Source of the DNA: Callorhinchus milii
Taxonomy: Eukaryota
DNA length: 64,000 nt
Assembly (NCBI RefSeq): GCF_018977255.1
Contig: NW_024704742.1
Coordinates: forward strand, 98,582,001-98,646,000
Reading direction: 5' to 3'
Shown: piece by piece, positions 1 through 12,811 of the stretch
How the letters are laid out: the number at the start of each line of letters is the position of its first letter
How positions within the stretch are numbered: position 1 is the stretch's first letter
Notes under the pieces: generated by a model
Seen by the model: the letters and a program-made list of their open reading frames with translations, nothing else
The model's database searches: none
Told to the model about the DNA's origin: nothing
Made by a program: the position numbers and the translations under genes

Positions 1-714
1 CTCATAATCACTTTCACTCCATGTAAACAATGCCATTGCCTCCTATACTTTACTGGGCAGCTGGGATAGCACAAGACATGTTAATTATAAACTGAGACTT
101 GACAGTTCTTAAATTCTGAATTTTGGTTATATTAAATTGAATCCATTTTAATTTGCTATCGCAGTTCGCCAATCACCATTGGATTTTAATTTGAATCAGT
201 AAATATCTCTTTTAGTTTTTCTGCTCACAATTGCGTTTTAAATTTTTACTGTGAGGTCTTTAATACTACAGTGCTCCTGTTAAATCAATTATTCCAATCT
301 GCGAGCACATAAAGGACAAAAGCATTCATTGTGAAATGGTACTGTTTCTCCCAATTGCTTCTGTGCATTTAGATTGTTTGGGGAAAAAAAAGTTGATGTC
401 AAATTCACGTGGAAATATTTCTTTAAGTGTCAGGGAAATGGACAATAAGGTTTATTCTCTGGCATTTCAGATGGTGGTAGCTAAATGATGTACCAAAATG
501 TAGGAAAAAGACTGTTTGGGTGTTTATATCAAAACATGTTCTTAATCTATGTAGGATTTTTAAAAAAGTATATGCCTCAGGATATCTTTTTTTCATCGAA
601 TTTGTAAGCCCTAAAAGATCCAAGTCAATATTGGCCAGCTACTCTTCAAGTACAAAGAAGAACGTAAACAAATACCCTATTCACAGAAATAGCTAATTAG
701 CATCTGATCTGTTT

Positions 715-908
715 TGCCTTTTTCGCTCACAAAATATACAGTCAATTCACTTTTTAGAGAAATAGCTAATTCACATCTGATCTGTTTTGCCCATTTCGCT
801 CACAAAATATACAGTCAATTCACTTCACAGTATATTCTTGAAGCACTTTGAGACGTCTTGAAGACGTGATAAGCTGCTCTGAAATGCAAGGATTATCATT
901 ATTATTAT
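715..908 (+). mobile_element. SINE 3' fragment with local tandem duplication
   Basis: CAGTCAATTCACTT...GAAGCACTTTGAGACGTC...ATGCAAGGATTATCATT. Confidence 0.8.
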
Positions 909-1035
909 TCCTACCGGATCTCCTTTATTCTGCTTTCCATTTTCTTCCACTCATTGTATCGCCTCGGTAATATGACGCAGAGAAGCATAATGGCCAGCAA
1001 AATTATTTTGGGAGATTCATCTTTCCTTTTGTTAG

Positions 1036-1160
1036 ACTTTCCAGGATTTTCAAGTTCGAGAAACAGCCCAAAAGCAAAAGCATCAAACCAGAACTGTACA
1101 GTGCAATTCTGTGGAATCAGACGTGGACAATATTCGACTTGGCTTTAATAACTTTTGCAG
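1036..1160 (+). CDS. Candidate internal exon of an unidentified gene (GC donor)
   Basis: Pyrimidine-rich acceptor ctttccttttgttAG and donor AG|GCAAGT. Two frames are open throughout; one (LSRIFKFEKQPKSKSIKPELYSAILWNQTWTIFDLALITFA+G) ends in phase 1. No homology recognised. Confidence 0.3.
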
Positions 1161-1294
1161 GCAAGTAGCCTGCTAATACTCCCTGTCAATATTCACAGAT
1201 AAACAATGGGCATTTAGATGAAGACATTTAGATGAGGAAAGACAATTGACACAAGTGGAACCAGTAAAAGGGGAAACTAAATCAGATTCCATCA

Positions 1295-1900
1295 GGGGGT
1301 CAGCCGAGTGTCTGGAACATGTGGAAACCCATCACCATTCTTAAGAGTGTCCAAACCAAGGCTGAGATTTCCATGCATCCCACCTACACATGGAAATCGC
1401 AGAGATAGATTATTGGAATGCTCTCTCCCTGGAGGGACTCATCCTGCTTACTTAATTCTGTAAAGTCTTAGGTACAGGTTGGCAAGAACTAAGGCTTGGG
1501 GACTCCAGAGTCTGCATTGGGGTACTGCTGGAGTCTAACCAGCTAAAACCACATAGGTTGCCATTGATATCACTTGATTGTCATCAAGCCATTGATGTCC
1601 GGCAAGCTTTCCCACTGCTTGTCCAGCTTGGTCCACCCTACCCAATTGGGCTTTGGGTTGCAAGATTAACAGGAGCTGAGTGGGATGACTCTCTGCCCCC
1701 AGTGACTGGTCTGCCCTTCCTGGCCCTGCTGAAGAGGTGTCATCAGCAGTGCCCTGGAATATTGCAGACTCGCCGACCTCAGAAACTTGACAACCAAGAC
1801 CGTCAAAGAGGACTGGCTCAATTTCTACATTCCATTGCCAAATATGTCACCTTGGAACCAATTCAGCTCCAAGTAGACCCCACTTATTCCTTCAGAAGAA
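1295..1900 (-). mobile_element. Repeat family C copy (LINE 3' end)
   Basis: Colinear similarity to 39348-39958 and to the reverse complement of 36390-36965. Confidence 0.8.
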
Positions 1901-2910
1901 AAGAGGAGGTAACATAGTGGAGAAATAAACAAATAATCAAGTATTATTATTATTATTTATTATATATTATTAGACGGATTCTCAGAGGTTTTGAATTATT
2001 GGTTGAAGAAGGTTAGTTTAACATTTCATAATTTATTTATTTGGACACATTTCAGAATATTGAGTCAAACTCAACACCCTATTTTCCAAAAAGATATTGG
2101 GATAAAATTATGCTTCACAACAGATTTTCAAAGTATGAACCTATTATTGAATCTATAAATCAGCTTGGATCAGTTGGTAGCACTCACCTCTGAAGTCAAT
2201 ATTTATGACCATTTGCTGCACAATTTCCTCTTCCTCGCTTACTTTTATATTCTTATTGCTTACTAGTTTACCTCTGCTAATATGACCTTTGCCATACATT
2301 TTGTTTTCTTATATGGCATGTATATTCTTATATAAGCAGAAGCACTTAAAGTTCTGTTTTTACCATCTAGATTTTCAGGCGTGAGCATTTAAAGTCTAAA
2401 AGTTTGCGACAGCTTCACCACAAATTTCACTACCTTGACATAGTTTTGGTTTCATGTCTGAGTCTGGTTGGAACAGATATAATTAACCATTAACCATGAT
2501 GATTTTGTAACAATACAATCCACCATAGACACAGCATATTTTTACAATATTCTAATAACAGTTCCAGTAGAGGAACGAGTAGCAGCAAAGGTTCAATGAA
2601 TCAGATGGCCTTGTATTGTGCTCTCATTTGTATTACAGCAGACATATTTACTTGGCAAATATCCATCAAGGGTCAGCAGTGGACTGTCTCACATCAGCCT
2701 GGGTCACCTTCTCTAAACATTCCAGAATGTAGACCTGTGCCAGATCTTTATTGTTTCAGACACATTTACATTCAAATCTTGATAGTTGAATGCAACATTT
2801 CCTTAGTGGTTTTCTTTGTGCTATTGAACCTTTTTGGACCTTCTGCCAAGTTCCGTTGGCTTCACTCCTAGTACATGAGGCCAATTAAGCTTTTTACATT
2901 GATGCATAAA

Positions 2911-3027
2911 TGTTTCGCCCACAAATATACAGTCAATTCACTTTACAGTGTGTTCTGTGAAGCGCTTTGGGACGTCCTCCCGACGTGAAAAGCGCTATAT
3001 CAAATGCAAGGATTATTATTATTATTA
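2911..3027 (+). mobile_element. SINE family A 3' fragment (young)
   Basis: Near-identical to the 3' ~115 nt of the copy at 49751-50058. Confidence 0.9.
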
Positions 3028-3414
3028 TATCTAGAAAACTAGAATGACAGAAATTAGAAAACAAAGTAACAATGTTTTGAACCCTACCTGTTAATGAGGA
3101 CAATTAAGCTTTTTACATTGATAGCATACATTTTGTTACACCACAAATAAAGGCCCATGGAATGTCGCTGGAGTGTGAAGACATTTTAGTTCTTTTACTC
3201 TCCAAATTTCGACAGTTGCACCACTAATAATGTAACAAAATTTCGGACCAACTATGCACATCAGCTGGTAATCTCCAAACAACAATGAGGTAGCTTTCCA
3301 TTAACCAACCTGAGGTAGAACATAAATAATTAGGTTTTCATCTGGATACAGAAAAGAATTAAGCAAGACATTAATCATCTTGATCTTTACAATGGCTATT
3401 GCCTTGTATGGAGA

Positions 3415-3600
3415 ATGGGGCCTGAAATGCCACTTAATTTTAGACAGTAAAACCATCATTTGTCTTAAAATTTAAGGTGACAAAATTATGGGAAATTATT
3501 TAATTCACCAAGGCTTCCAATTGAGACTGCATTTAAGAATTTTCCACAATTCTTCACCATCTTAAATTTTAAGACAAAATGTTATTACGGTTTAAGACCT
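3415..3600. repeat. Palindromic MITE-like relic (related copies at about 37545-37640, 40430-40630, 45105-45250, 56010-56160, 57150-57320)
   Basis: Arms TTGTCTTAAAATTTAAG.../...CTTAAATTTTAAGACAA; shared GCTTCCAA(A)TT and TTAAGAATTTT motifs across copies. Confidence 0.6.
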
Positions 3601-4284
3601 CCATCTCTGATAGGCACAAAACTAAACAATTCTAAGGTTTTCAATGTGGCTTGAAAGAAAGACAACTAATTTCTGTCCAAATCTTTCTCTGTGTCAAGGG
3701 AGAGTAGCAAGCACGACTCTTCTAAGGAAATAGCCTAATGAATAATACTGAGAAGTCAGTGGGCATTAGGGTGTAAATTGAAAAAGGATTTATAACTAGA
3801 AAATCACTGATGTGTCACAAGTGACCCTCTGGAATGCTGGTCACAACACATCTGGGAATTGTTAATTACAAATTACTTGCATTTTGGACCTCTTTGTCAT
3901 TAAAGTGTTTGCCGCTGGAGTGCCTGTCATCAAGTCTGAAAGGGATGGGCCAATGTGTGAATCAAATCCTTTAGGTGGGTCATTTTAAGAGTTGTAATTT
4001 ATTCTGTTTGGAATCTCTGCTGGATCTCTGCAACCTCTCCTGATTTTTGTTGCGGATGGATGATTAAAAGAATTTGCTTGTGCCTGCCAAAGGCTGCTAT
4101 ACTATTAGCTGTGCATTTCTTCTGTTCAGAAGGTTGTGTTGCTTGACAGGATTGACTAAGAAAGGCATGCAAGAAGACAAATAGCCATTGTTATCTTATG
4201 ACTAACTTACTACATTTAGAGTTATCGTCTTGAACACATCAATATGACTGACATAATGTTCCAGTTTATCAAAATCCATATTAT

Positions 4285-4604
4285 GGAGTCCTGTAACTCA
4301 GTGGTTAAAGCACTCGCCTCTCAAGCGAGAGACCTGGGTTCGATTTCCGGCAGAGCGAAACCTTGGGCAAGTTTCCCTACTCCACCTGCCTAATAATAAT
4401 CCCTTAAGAAAAAAAACAATAATAAATTAGTCACTTCAATCCAAGACTGTTTGAGGGACACTGCTGTGTGCAATTAGCTGCTGCATTTCACCCACAAATA
4501 TACACTTTTCTGTGAAGCGCTTTGAGCCGTCTAAAAAAAAATGAAAAACGCTATAACAAAATGCAAGGATTATTATTATTATTATGATTATGATTATTAT
4601 TATT
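4285..4604 (+). mobile_element. tRNA-derived SINE family A (short subtype), full length
   Basis: GGAGTCCTGTAACTCAGTGGTTA A-box head, GTTCGA B-box, L2-like 3' tail, (ATT)n end. Confidence 0.9.
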
Positions 4605-4608
4605 CAAT

Positions 4609-5037
4609 ATCAGCTTGGCTCAGTGGTAGAACTCTCATCTCTAAATCATAAGGTTATGGGTTCAAATCCAACGTCACTACTTGAACTCACATAGTCTAAG
4701 ATGACAATCCAATGCAGTGCTGAATGGGTGTTGCATTGTCGGAGGTGCCAACCTTCAGTCGTTAAACTGAGATGCCATCTGCCTGTTCAGCTGGACATTA
4801 AATATTCCATGTCACTATTCAAAAAGAGAGGGGAGTTTCTCCCGATGACCTGGCCAACAATCCCCCAAATAAAACTGGTCACACGTATCAAGGCTGTTGG
4901 TGGGACATTAATGTGCACAATTGTGCTACCGTGTTTGCCTACAAATATTCAGTCACTCTATTTCACTGTAATTCCCGTGAAGTGCTTTTGAGACATTCTC
5001 CTGACGTGGTAAGGATACTAAATGCAAGGATTATTAT
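4609..5037 (+). mobile_element. SINE family B (DeuSINE-like), full length, abutting the tail of a family A copy
   Basis: Head TCAGCTTGGCTCAGTGGTAG...GGGTTCAAATCC; core TGCATTGTCGGAGGTGCC...GTTAAAC...CCATGTCACTATTC resembles the recalled Deu domain; same 3' tail as family A. Confidence 0.8.
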
Positions 5038-5689
5038 GATATATTGATGTGATTGTTCTTTCACTGTTTATTTGATCAACTCTGCTAATGCTCACATTTG
5101 CATTCATATTATATTGCCTGTCTTAGATTGTCATTAATATGGTGGTAAAATAATTCAGACTAAATGTTGTTCTGAGGAGGTTGTGATCTAGCAAGAACTA
5201 GATTCCTTCAGGATTTTGAAAATGACTAAAAATTACCATGTTCTGTATATTGGAACAGCACAGAAGCCCGCATCAGTTGTTGACACAGGTAATAAGAATA
5301 ACAATCTTGCTTACAAGACATGTGACATATCTAATATACCCTGCCAGGATAAGAGATTGCTGAAATTCCTGCAGGTTTCATATTTTATATAATTTGCAGT
5401 ACAATTCATATAATTGCCCTAACTGTAACTGTTATTACAATGGAAGCATCTTCAGAGTATTAAATACCATACCAAGTCAATTAACTTAAATGTTACTGAA
5501 TCATAGACTGGTCATTAAATCCCCCAAATGAACAAAATGTGGAAACATTTGTACTGCTATTTTAGGGGGGAAATCCATAAAATTATTACGTTGTCGAGAC
5601 TTATAGTCAATTCATACAGTTCATTGTAGTCATCCACTAGGAATTTGGATGTTTCTTATCCACATTCATTCATTTGGGGGATAGACAAA

Positions 5690-6050
5690 TTCGAGGGGGG
5701 AGAGAGAGAACAGAAAGAAAGTGATTGAGATAGTGTGAGAAGGGATAGAGAGTATACGTGTGAGAGAGGTGGGGAGAGAGAGAGAGTAATTGAGAAAGGG
5801 AGAGAGTGTGTGAGAGAGGAGGAGAGGGGGTTAAGGGTGATTGAGAGTGGTGGTGGGTCGGAAGAGAGAAAGTGTGAGAAAGAAAAGAGAGTGTGAAAGG
5901 AGGAGTGTGTGTGAGAGGGGCAGTGAGAGTGTGTATGTGAGAGAGAGGGGGTAGAGACAGAGATTGAGAGGGGAGTAATTGAGAGAGCGCATGAGAGTGG
6001 GAGAGAGAGAAACAATATGAGTGAGAGAGAAGAAAGAGGAGAATTGAGAG
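5690..6050. repeat. Degenerate (GA)n/(GT)n purine-rich low-complexity tract
   Basis: Direct inspection. Confidence 0.9.
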
Positions 6051-6584
6051 CAGTGATTCATGGTTCACTGCCAGAACAGACGACCAGAGCCACCGCAGTG
6101 GGGAACCAGGAACAGACACCGACCGAAGTGCCGTGTACCTAAAGCTCCCTTTTTCCTCAGTGAAAAACTTCTCTACGTCCTTCATTCCAACCTCCTTCCC
6201 CATCTTACCTCAGTGACCTCCTGATCTGGCTGTTCCTATTGCCTAGCAAACACCAGCTTGCTTCATGTTTCCCCAACCCATCTGCCCACCATCGGCATTT
6301 TGCTCCTGCACTCTGGAGTTCCATTCCTGTAGTCCCTCCAACTCCCTCCCTCTCTCTGCTCTTTCAAGGCACATCAAGACCTAACTCTTTGACTACACTT
6401 TCTGTCATCTTCTCCCCTCCCCATCTCACCTCCTTCAGTTTCCATCCCAGTTCAGGTGCCCAGCTGGCAGTGTCGAGCGCTTTGCGATGTCTTTCCAAAA
6501 GATTAACCACAAACCTTTCTCAAAATGAAATCCAACCCACAGCAAGTAAAAGGTTGGTCTGCCACGCCCTAAAGAATAGGAAGT

Positions 6585-6913
6585 CTTAGCTTGACAAGCA
6601 GCGAGAAAGTTGCCAGACAGTACTTTCAATGGCAAGCTATGCAGTCTTAGCTGGTTAAACTCCAGCAGTATCCCAACGCACATACTGGGTTCCCGAAGCC
6701 TTGGCTCTTGCCAACTGTGCCTAAATCGCTTCTGGAATTCGATAAGCAGAGTGCATCCTCCAGGAAAGAGAATGTCCACATTCCATTTCAGATGTGGAGA
6801 AATTGCCATGTGTGGGTGGCACACATATGTGGTACTCTCAGTGTGGGTTGGATGCTCTTAAGCAGACTGATGGGTTTCCCCATATGTCAGACACCCTGCT
6901 GAACAAAAAGAAA
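6585..6913 (+). mobile_element. Repeat family C copy, 5' truncated
   Basis: Same 3' terminus GTCAGACACCCTGCTGA followed by A-rich tail. Confidence 0.75.
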
Positions 6914-9900
6914 ATCAGTCATAAAAAATTGAATGATTTGTACATCTGAAGAGGTGAAGGATGATTTGAAAGATCCAGAAGTGATTGTAGCTGTGAGGGG
7001 TCCATCTGTTTCATACAGATTGCAAACATAGTGATTATTTCACTATGTCTGTGTGATGAGGTTTCAAATCTTTAAGAGACAGCAAAAAGGTGATGATTTT
7101 TAGTGATCAACAGAAGGTAGAGTCCAATATAAGGCATTTCCTCATTTAAAATATTCTAGTACATCAATTTGTAATAAACCTTTCCATTAAACCTAAGAAT
7201 CATTGGTATGAAGTTGTTTTTAAGTGTCGACTGGTTATAAATTGCAGTCCACTCAAATGTTATTACATATACTAATAATGGTACAATTATCTGAATTTTC
7301 TTCTGTAAGATTACTATCAGAGATACTTACAGTGTAACAATTCCTTTTAGTCAATTTATTGCCTTGCCAAAAATACTAAATCTCCCACAAAAATAAATTC
7401 TACTGCAAACACAATAGTAGTTAATTTCCCTTTTTGGTTGCATATTTATTGTGAGACCTCTTGTTTTTCTAAATTAATTCATAACCCAACATTCTTCCAA
7501 ATTTGGTTATTTAGGCTCAGACAGAAAAAAACCCAAATGGATTTGGTTTAGAATGGCAGTGGGTGCTAAAAGTGTCAGCACACATGCTCAGAGAGATAAA
7601 ACATCCTCTATACACATTGTTTTCTGTGTCTGATCGCACGATAGCCAACATTCGGGCTGAAATTGCTGTCAGTTTTGGTGATATGGTTAATGGGATTTGC
7701 CCCACTAGAATTGTGCCATCATAAAAAATACCTCACATAACATCGACCAGAATTTCAGTCCAATTATGAGAGATTACAAATGAAAGTTTGTGAAGGAGTC
7801 TAACCACCAAAGGTACCATCTACAATTTAAAATGAAAACCTTTGCAATGGAAAATTATCTGTGATTTGAAATAATTATGGCTGGCAGTCTGATGAGATGG
7901 GCTTTTTCTGGACTACAGTGACATAGTGGGCAATGGGTTGCATCTAATTCCTATTCATGTAATGCTAAGTTTACATCAGTATTCCTCCAGTGGTTCAGTG
8001 AGGGAGAAGATTGCATAAATATTGCTGCAGAGGCAGAATAAATAGGGATATTTAAAAGAGAGGTAGGCAGTTACTTATTTGTCATTTACTTCATGGCCAT
8101 TTGTGGGACATTGCTGTGTGGAAATTGGTTGTCGCATTCAGCTATAAAATACAGTAAATACCATACAGTATAAAATAGTACTTTACAATATTCCATGAAA
8201 CATTTTGAGGCACTATATCAAAGACAAAGATTGTTATTATTATGATTTTACTTGGGTAGTAGAGGTGTTATAGAGTCTAGAGAAAAGCATTGGGATTCAA
8301 CAAACCGCCAACATCTAATAAAATGAAGGAACGTGTTCGATGGGTTGAGTATCCTCCTCCTCTTCTGCGTCCAGTCACCTCAAGGGATCATCGAGTAGAT
8401 TTGAAACCAATAACGCAAAAGTAGTGTATAAATGGTTTCTGTGTGACTGTTAATGAAGTGCACTTTGCTCAGTTATTGAATGGGAAAAAGAGTGTCATCG
8501 TTATCATTAGGGACAGAATCAAATATGGCGATAATATGGGAAAATAGAAGCATTCCTATTTCAGCAGGGGACATCGAGCCAATTAAACTAAAGCAATAAC
8601 TAAATGCTTTAATTGGACTGAGATTTACTGTTCTGGAATAGCAGCCGATTGTTCATACGCTACTGCGTGATCCACTTTCGGATGCATACAGTCTTATTTT
8701 TGACATTTCAATTAAGTTCTTGGAATTCTATTAGTGATCAATGCCTATTCATTGATCAACCAATGAACTATTTACTGAAAACAAATGTTAAGAGTCCAGC
8801 ATAACTCAATGTAGAGAGGTTTACTTTTGTGATTACTTGTGTTCAATTAAAAGATGTAGTCAAAGATGGATATAAAAATGAATATAGTAAAATAGAACAA
8901 TTTTGTCTTGCAAATGAAGGGAATAAGATAAGGTGAGTCTATGCTGCATAGTCTTCGGAAAATGGTAAATTGTTAAGGTTACTGGTTACTTATAATGGTT
9001 ACTTATAATGGTTACTTTGTCAATTGACATTAGGGGATGTCCTTAGTAATTTCCATTTCAACCTTGACACAGCATAAAACTGTTAAATGCATAAGATCTG
9101 TTTTAAGTAGAGGTTCTGAGTATTGTTACAACTTTTTCGTGCAGTTTTCTCGTACTCTAAAGAGTGATATTAACTTATTTGAACACCAGAGAATTTCAAC
9201 ATCAAAAAAATATATAAAACATTACCGAGGGAGGGGGGAATTCCAAAAGGGTTCAGATATATTCTGGTTTCTTAGGATTTCAGAAAGTAAAGAATTTGAT
9301 AAATTGTTCAGTATAAACTTTGAAGTCAGTTTTCTGCATTTCTTAATATAGCTTAGAGAGGTTTCAAAATTAAGAATTCACCAAATTCTGAAAACTGAAT
9401 TGCTAATGGATTTGAGTAAATCTAGACCCAAATGGAATTTCTACCCTTATATTTTATATCCACCAGAGTGTAAATTAATAAGTATTTGGAAGCTCTTTAG
9501 TTCTACTTTGTGATATTCAGGGTTAGAAAAGTACAGATTCGCTTTCTGGTGTTGCTATTGAATTCTGAATATGCTACAACTGAAGAACTGTAAACTGAGT
9601 TTTCTTTCTACTGCAGTTGTTCAAATTACAGTGGTCACACAATGAAAAATTACAAATAAAACAAGGAATTACACTGCAGTCATGATTTTATGTGGTGTTT
9701 AAGACGAATAAAATCCCAGTACTGTACAATATGTTACACTTATAATGGGTTTCACTGTGCCATCCAGTTCTCCCAATAAAAAAACAGAATTCTGAGTAAT
9801 TGGGCCCCCCCAACATAACTTCCTGTTTTCTGCACAACGTAAAGCAGGAAATAACGCTGATGGCAACCTGATGACCCAGATATTGGCCATATTTTAATGC

Positions 9901-11165
9901 AGGAAGCTAAAATGGCTGACCTCCAATGCCTTTACAATGCCATCAACATCATTTCCTGCTTTACACATGTGTAGCAAATCAGGAAGTGACATCAACAGCA
10001 AACCTATGAACTGCAAGTCAGTGTCTCAGAGGATAAAGAAGCAAGGAATATGCACATGTGCAATGAAGAGTCCAAAGCCCAATCACATTATAATGAAATT
10101 CAAGTGAAACTTATTGAATTAGTACTGCACTGTATTATTCTTCAAATAAACTTCCAATATATTTTAACATAACTGTAGGGAGAAGTAAATGAGTAGGTCT
10201 CCTTGGGGTTGAACTGAGCAGATCTCTGCCAAAAATGCAGTGATTTGGACCTTAGGGCTGGAACCGTTTACCACTTTCAGCCTGTTCATCCCCTGCATCT
10301 TTGATAGAAGACCACCCATTTTGAATACCATTGTGAAGGCAGCTACCAGCTCTTGGCCATTGGGGGAAAGCCTCATTGTTTAGGGAACTAGACAATGCCA
10401 CAAAACAAGCCCATGAAATTTGGTATAGATATGAGCAAAATACATTTTACATTTACCTCCCAAATTCTGTGATTTCATTGTCAGAGAATTGCATGAAATT
10501 TCCAGCCTACAGTTTCTCTGCATCGATTTTCAGTTGGTTTTACGAATAAATTCATAATTGCTTTATGTCAGTGGGAAAGGCAATTCTGATTGAGCAATGC
10601 TTCAGTAATATAATGTTATGATTAGTCAGATATCTGGACTGTTGACTGTGCAAACTGTTTCACAGTTGCCACCAACAGTAAGACAAGACATCTGACTGTT
10701 CAAATCCACCACTTGAGTTGCAGAATAGAGCTATTAAATGGATGCAACATCTGCTAGAAAGTGGAAACTAAAGAGTAGGAACATAGGATGCCACATTTCA
10801 CTGAGGCTAAATCGCTTGTTTCAGAAACATTTTTTGGTACTCTGAAGAGCATTAACTGCAGGTAATGGCCAGACCATCATCCATCTGTAAAAGTGAGTAA
10901 AGCACAAGAAGTGCAGAGAATAATAATAACTTTGTATTTGATATACGTCTTCAAGACATATCAAAGTGCTTCCTAGAAGTGTATTTTGTGGGCGAAATAT
11001 GGCAGCCAATTGTGTACAGTTGTCACAGGACATGGCGTAAATATGATATCTGCATTTAACCCTTAGTGAACTGTGGACAGTTGATTCTCCAAGAATCACT
11101 GAATAATGCAGGGTGTTCAAAAGTGCTGTTCTTTTCTTACAATAAATTTTTATTTTCTGTTGCAG

Positions 11166-11326
11166 ATGAGTCGAGTGTAACAATGTCTGATACTAGTAAC
11201 TTTCTAGCTTCCTCATCACTCCATCCATGTTACGAAAGATGTCGTACTGAACATGGCGACGGATCATTATCTGCCATGAAAATGATAGGGCTCCCACTGA
11301 TCCTCTGGACATTTAAATACAGTTAA
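11166..11326 (+). CDS. Candidate terminal coding exon of an unidentified gene
   Basis: Strong acceptor tttttattttctgttgcAG. The only open frame is phase 1: (D)ESSVTMSDTSNFLASSSLHPCYERCRTEHGDGSLSAMKMIGLPLILWTFKYS*. Several CpGs retained; followed by about 1 kb without recognisable SINEs and AATAAA at 12050-12055. Confidence 0.4.
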
Positions 11327-12509
11327 ACACTTGTACTGAATACAATTAAGTACTTCTAAATACAACTGTCACATGTGTCAATTGTTGGCCAGTGCACTGC
11401 AGAAAAAAACATGGGGGGTAACAGGACTTTGCGAACACCCTGTAGGATAGGAATAAAGAACAGAGTAATTAGAATTTTTTTAAAAAATAAATTGGTAATC
11501 TCCCAAAATACAGTGAGGTTTATCACATGCTGACTGCAATAACATGTTAATCTTTTCTGTATCAATCATACGATTTTCCCATTATAAAGCCTAAGGCAAG
11601 CTAGCAACATTTAGGGTTACTTAAGGACATTTTAGGCCTAATGGACAGATGCTGAGCCTTCACCATGCATTTCATGCAACCAGGAGATACTGCAGGATAC
11701 CATTCAAATATTCATGCTACTCTGTAGCCTGACTTTACGAGACAGTGAGCAGATAAAACTGTATTGTTGCGTATGTCGGTGGTGTGGTACAGGTTACTGC
11801 TGTAGATAATCCTCTTATTTTGGCATATCACCACTCAGAGCTCTCTGGAATGCTCTGCAGTCTTGTCTGTGGAGTTCAAAAGCAGTGATGAATTACTCAA
11901 AAGCTTGAGCTGTTGTAAATTCTTTCAATTGGAAAAAAAGAAAATACTTTTGGAGGCAAAATATTTCCGGAATCATCACATTCTTAAAGCATTATTCCAT
12001 TATTTCTTGTTAATTGTGTGCATATTTAGTTGTAAACAGAGCTAACTTTAATAAAATGTTCTATTAAACTATTTTTCTATCCTATTTATTGAACTGTGCT
12101 TTATTATGAACTATAGTACAGGTTTTTTCTGTTATGAAACGTTATACGTTTACTTAAGGTTTTCACCACTTCTATGTCCAGTGTTTGTTATGCACTTCAT
12201 TTCCTCCCATTTCATTTTTGTTAAAATAATCCTCAGCCAAAGCAACTGCATCTGGAATTGGACTGTAGTCTACATTGTGAAAAAATATCAAGAAAAATCT
12301 TTTTAACACATCTGCCATCTCCTGGTCTTCCATGATATCTCTTACTAACATAGACCTTAAAGGACCGATTTGATCTGCAAAACATTATCTAGTCCGAACA
12401 GAGCAAAGGAAACCTTTGGCTCCTGCTGATGTATCAAATTGATTTTCTATTGGCCCCTTTCAGTGACTTTCATATGTTCCTTGGCCCAGGTTTGGGAAAA
12501 AAGCAAGTC

Positions 12510-12785
12510 AGTTCAATTCCCGGATGGGCCAAAACCTTAGGCAAGTTTTTTTTACTCCACACGCCTCTGTTTACCAAGCAGTAAGTAGGAACCCGGTTGT
12601 TAGTCGATTGGCAGATCGCTTTCCGAGTATAATAATCCCTCAAAAACAATTTGGTCACTCAATCTACGACTGTTTCTGGGACACTGCATGAAATACGATA
12701 TATAATATATTACAATATATTCTATGAAGCACTTTGAGACATTTCAAGGATGATAAGGCGCAATATCAAATTCGATGATTATTAT
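12510..12785 (+). mobile_element. SINE family A, long subtype, 5' truncated
   Basis: Contains the extra core CTGTTTACCAAGCAGTAAGTAGGAACCCGGTTGTTAGTCGATTGG. Confidence 0.8.
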
Positions 12786-12811
12786 AGTCCTTGCTACTTC
12801 TGAAAACTCTT

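Noticed and set aside
5656..6203. Three overlapping minus-strand ORFs up to 177 aa
   Set aside because: Artefact of the (GA)n low-complexity tract
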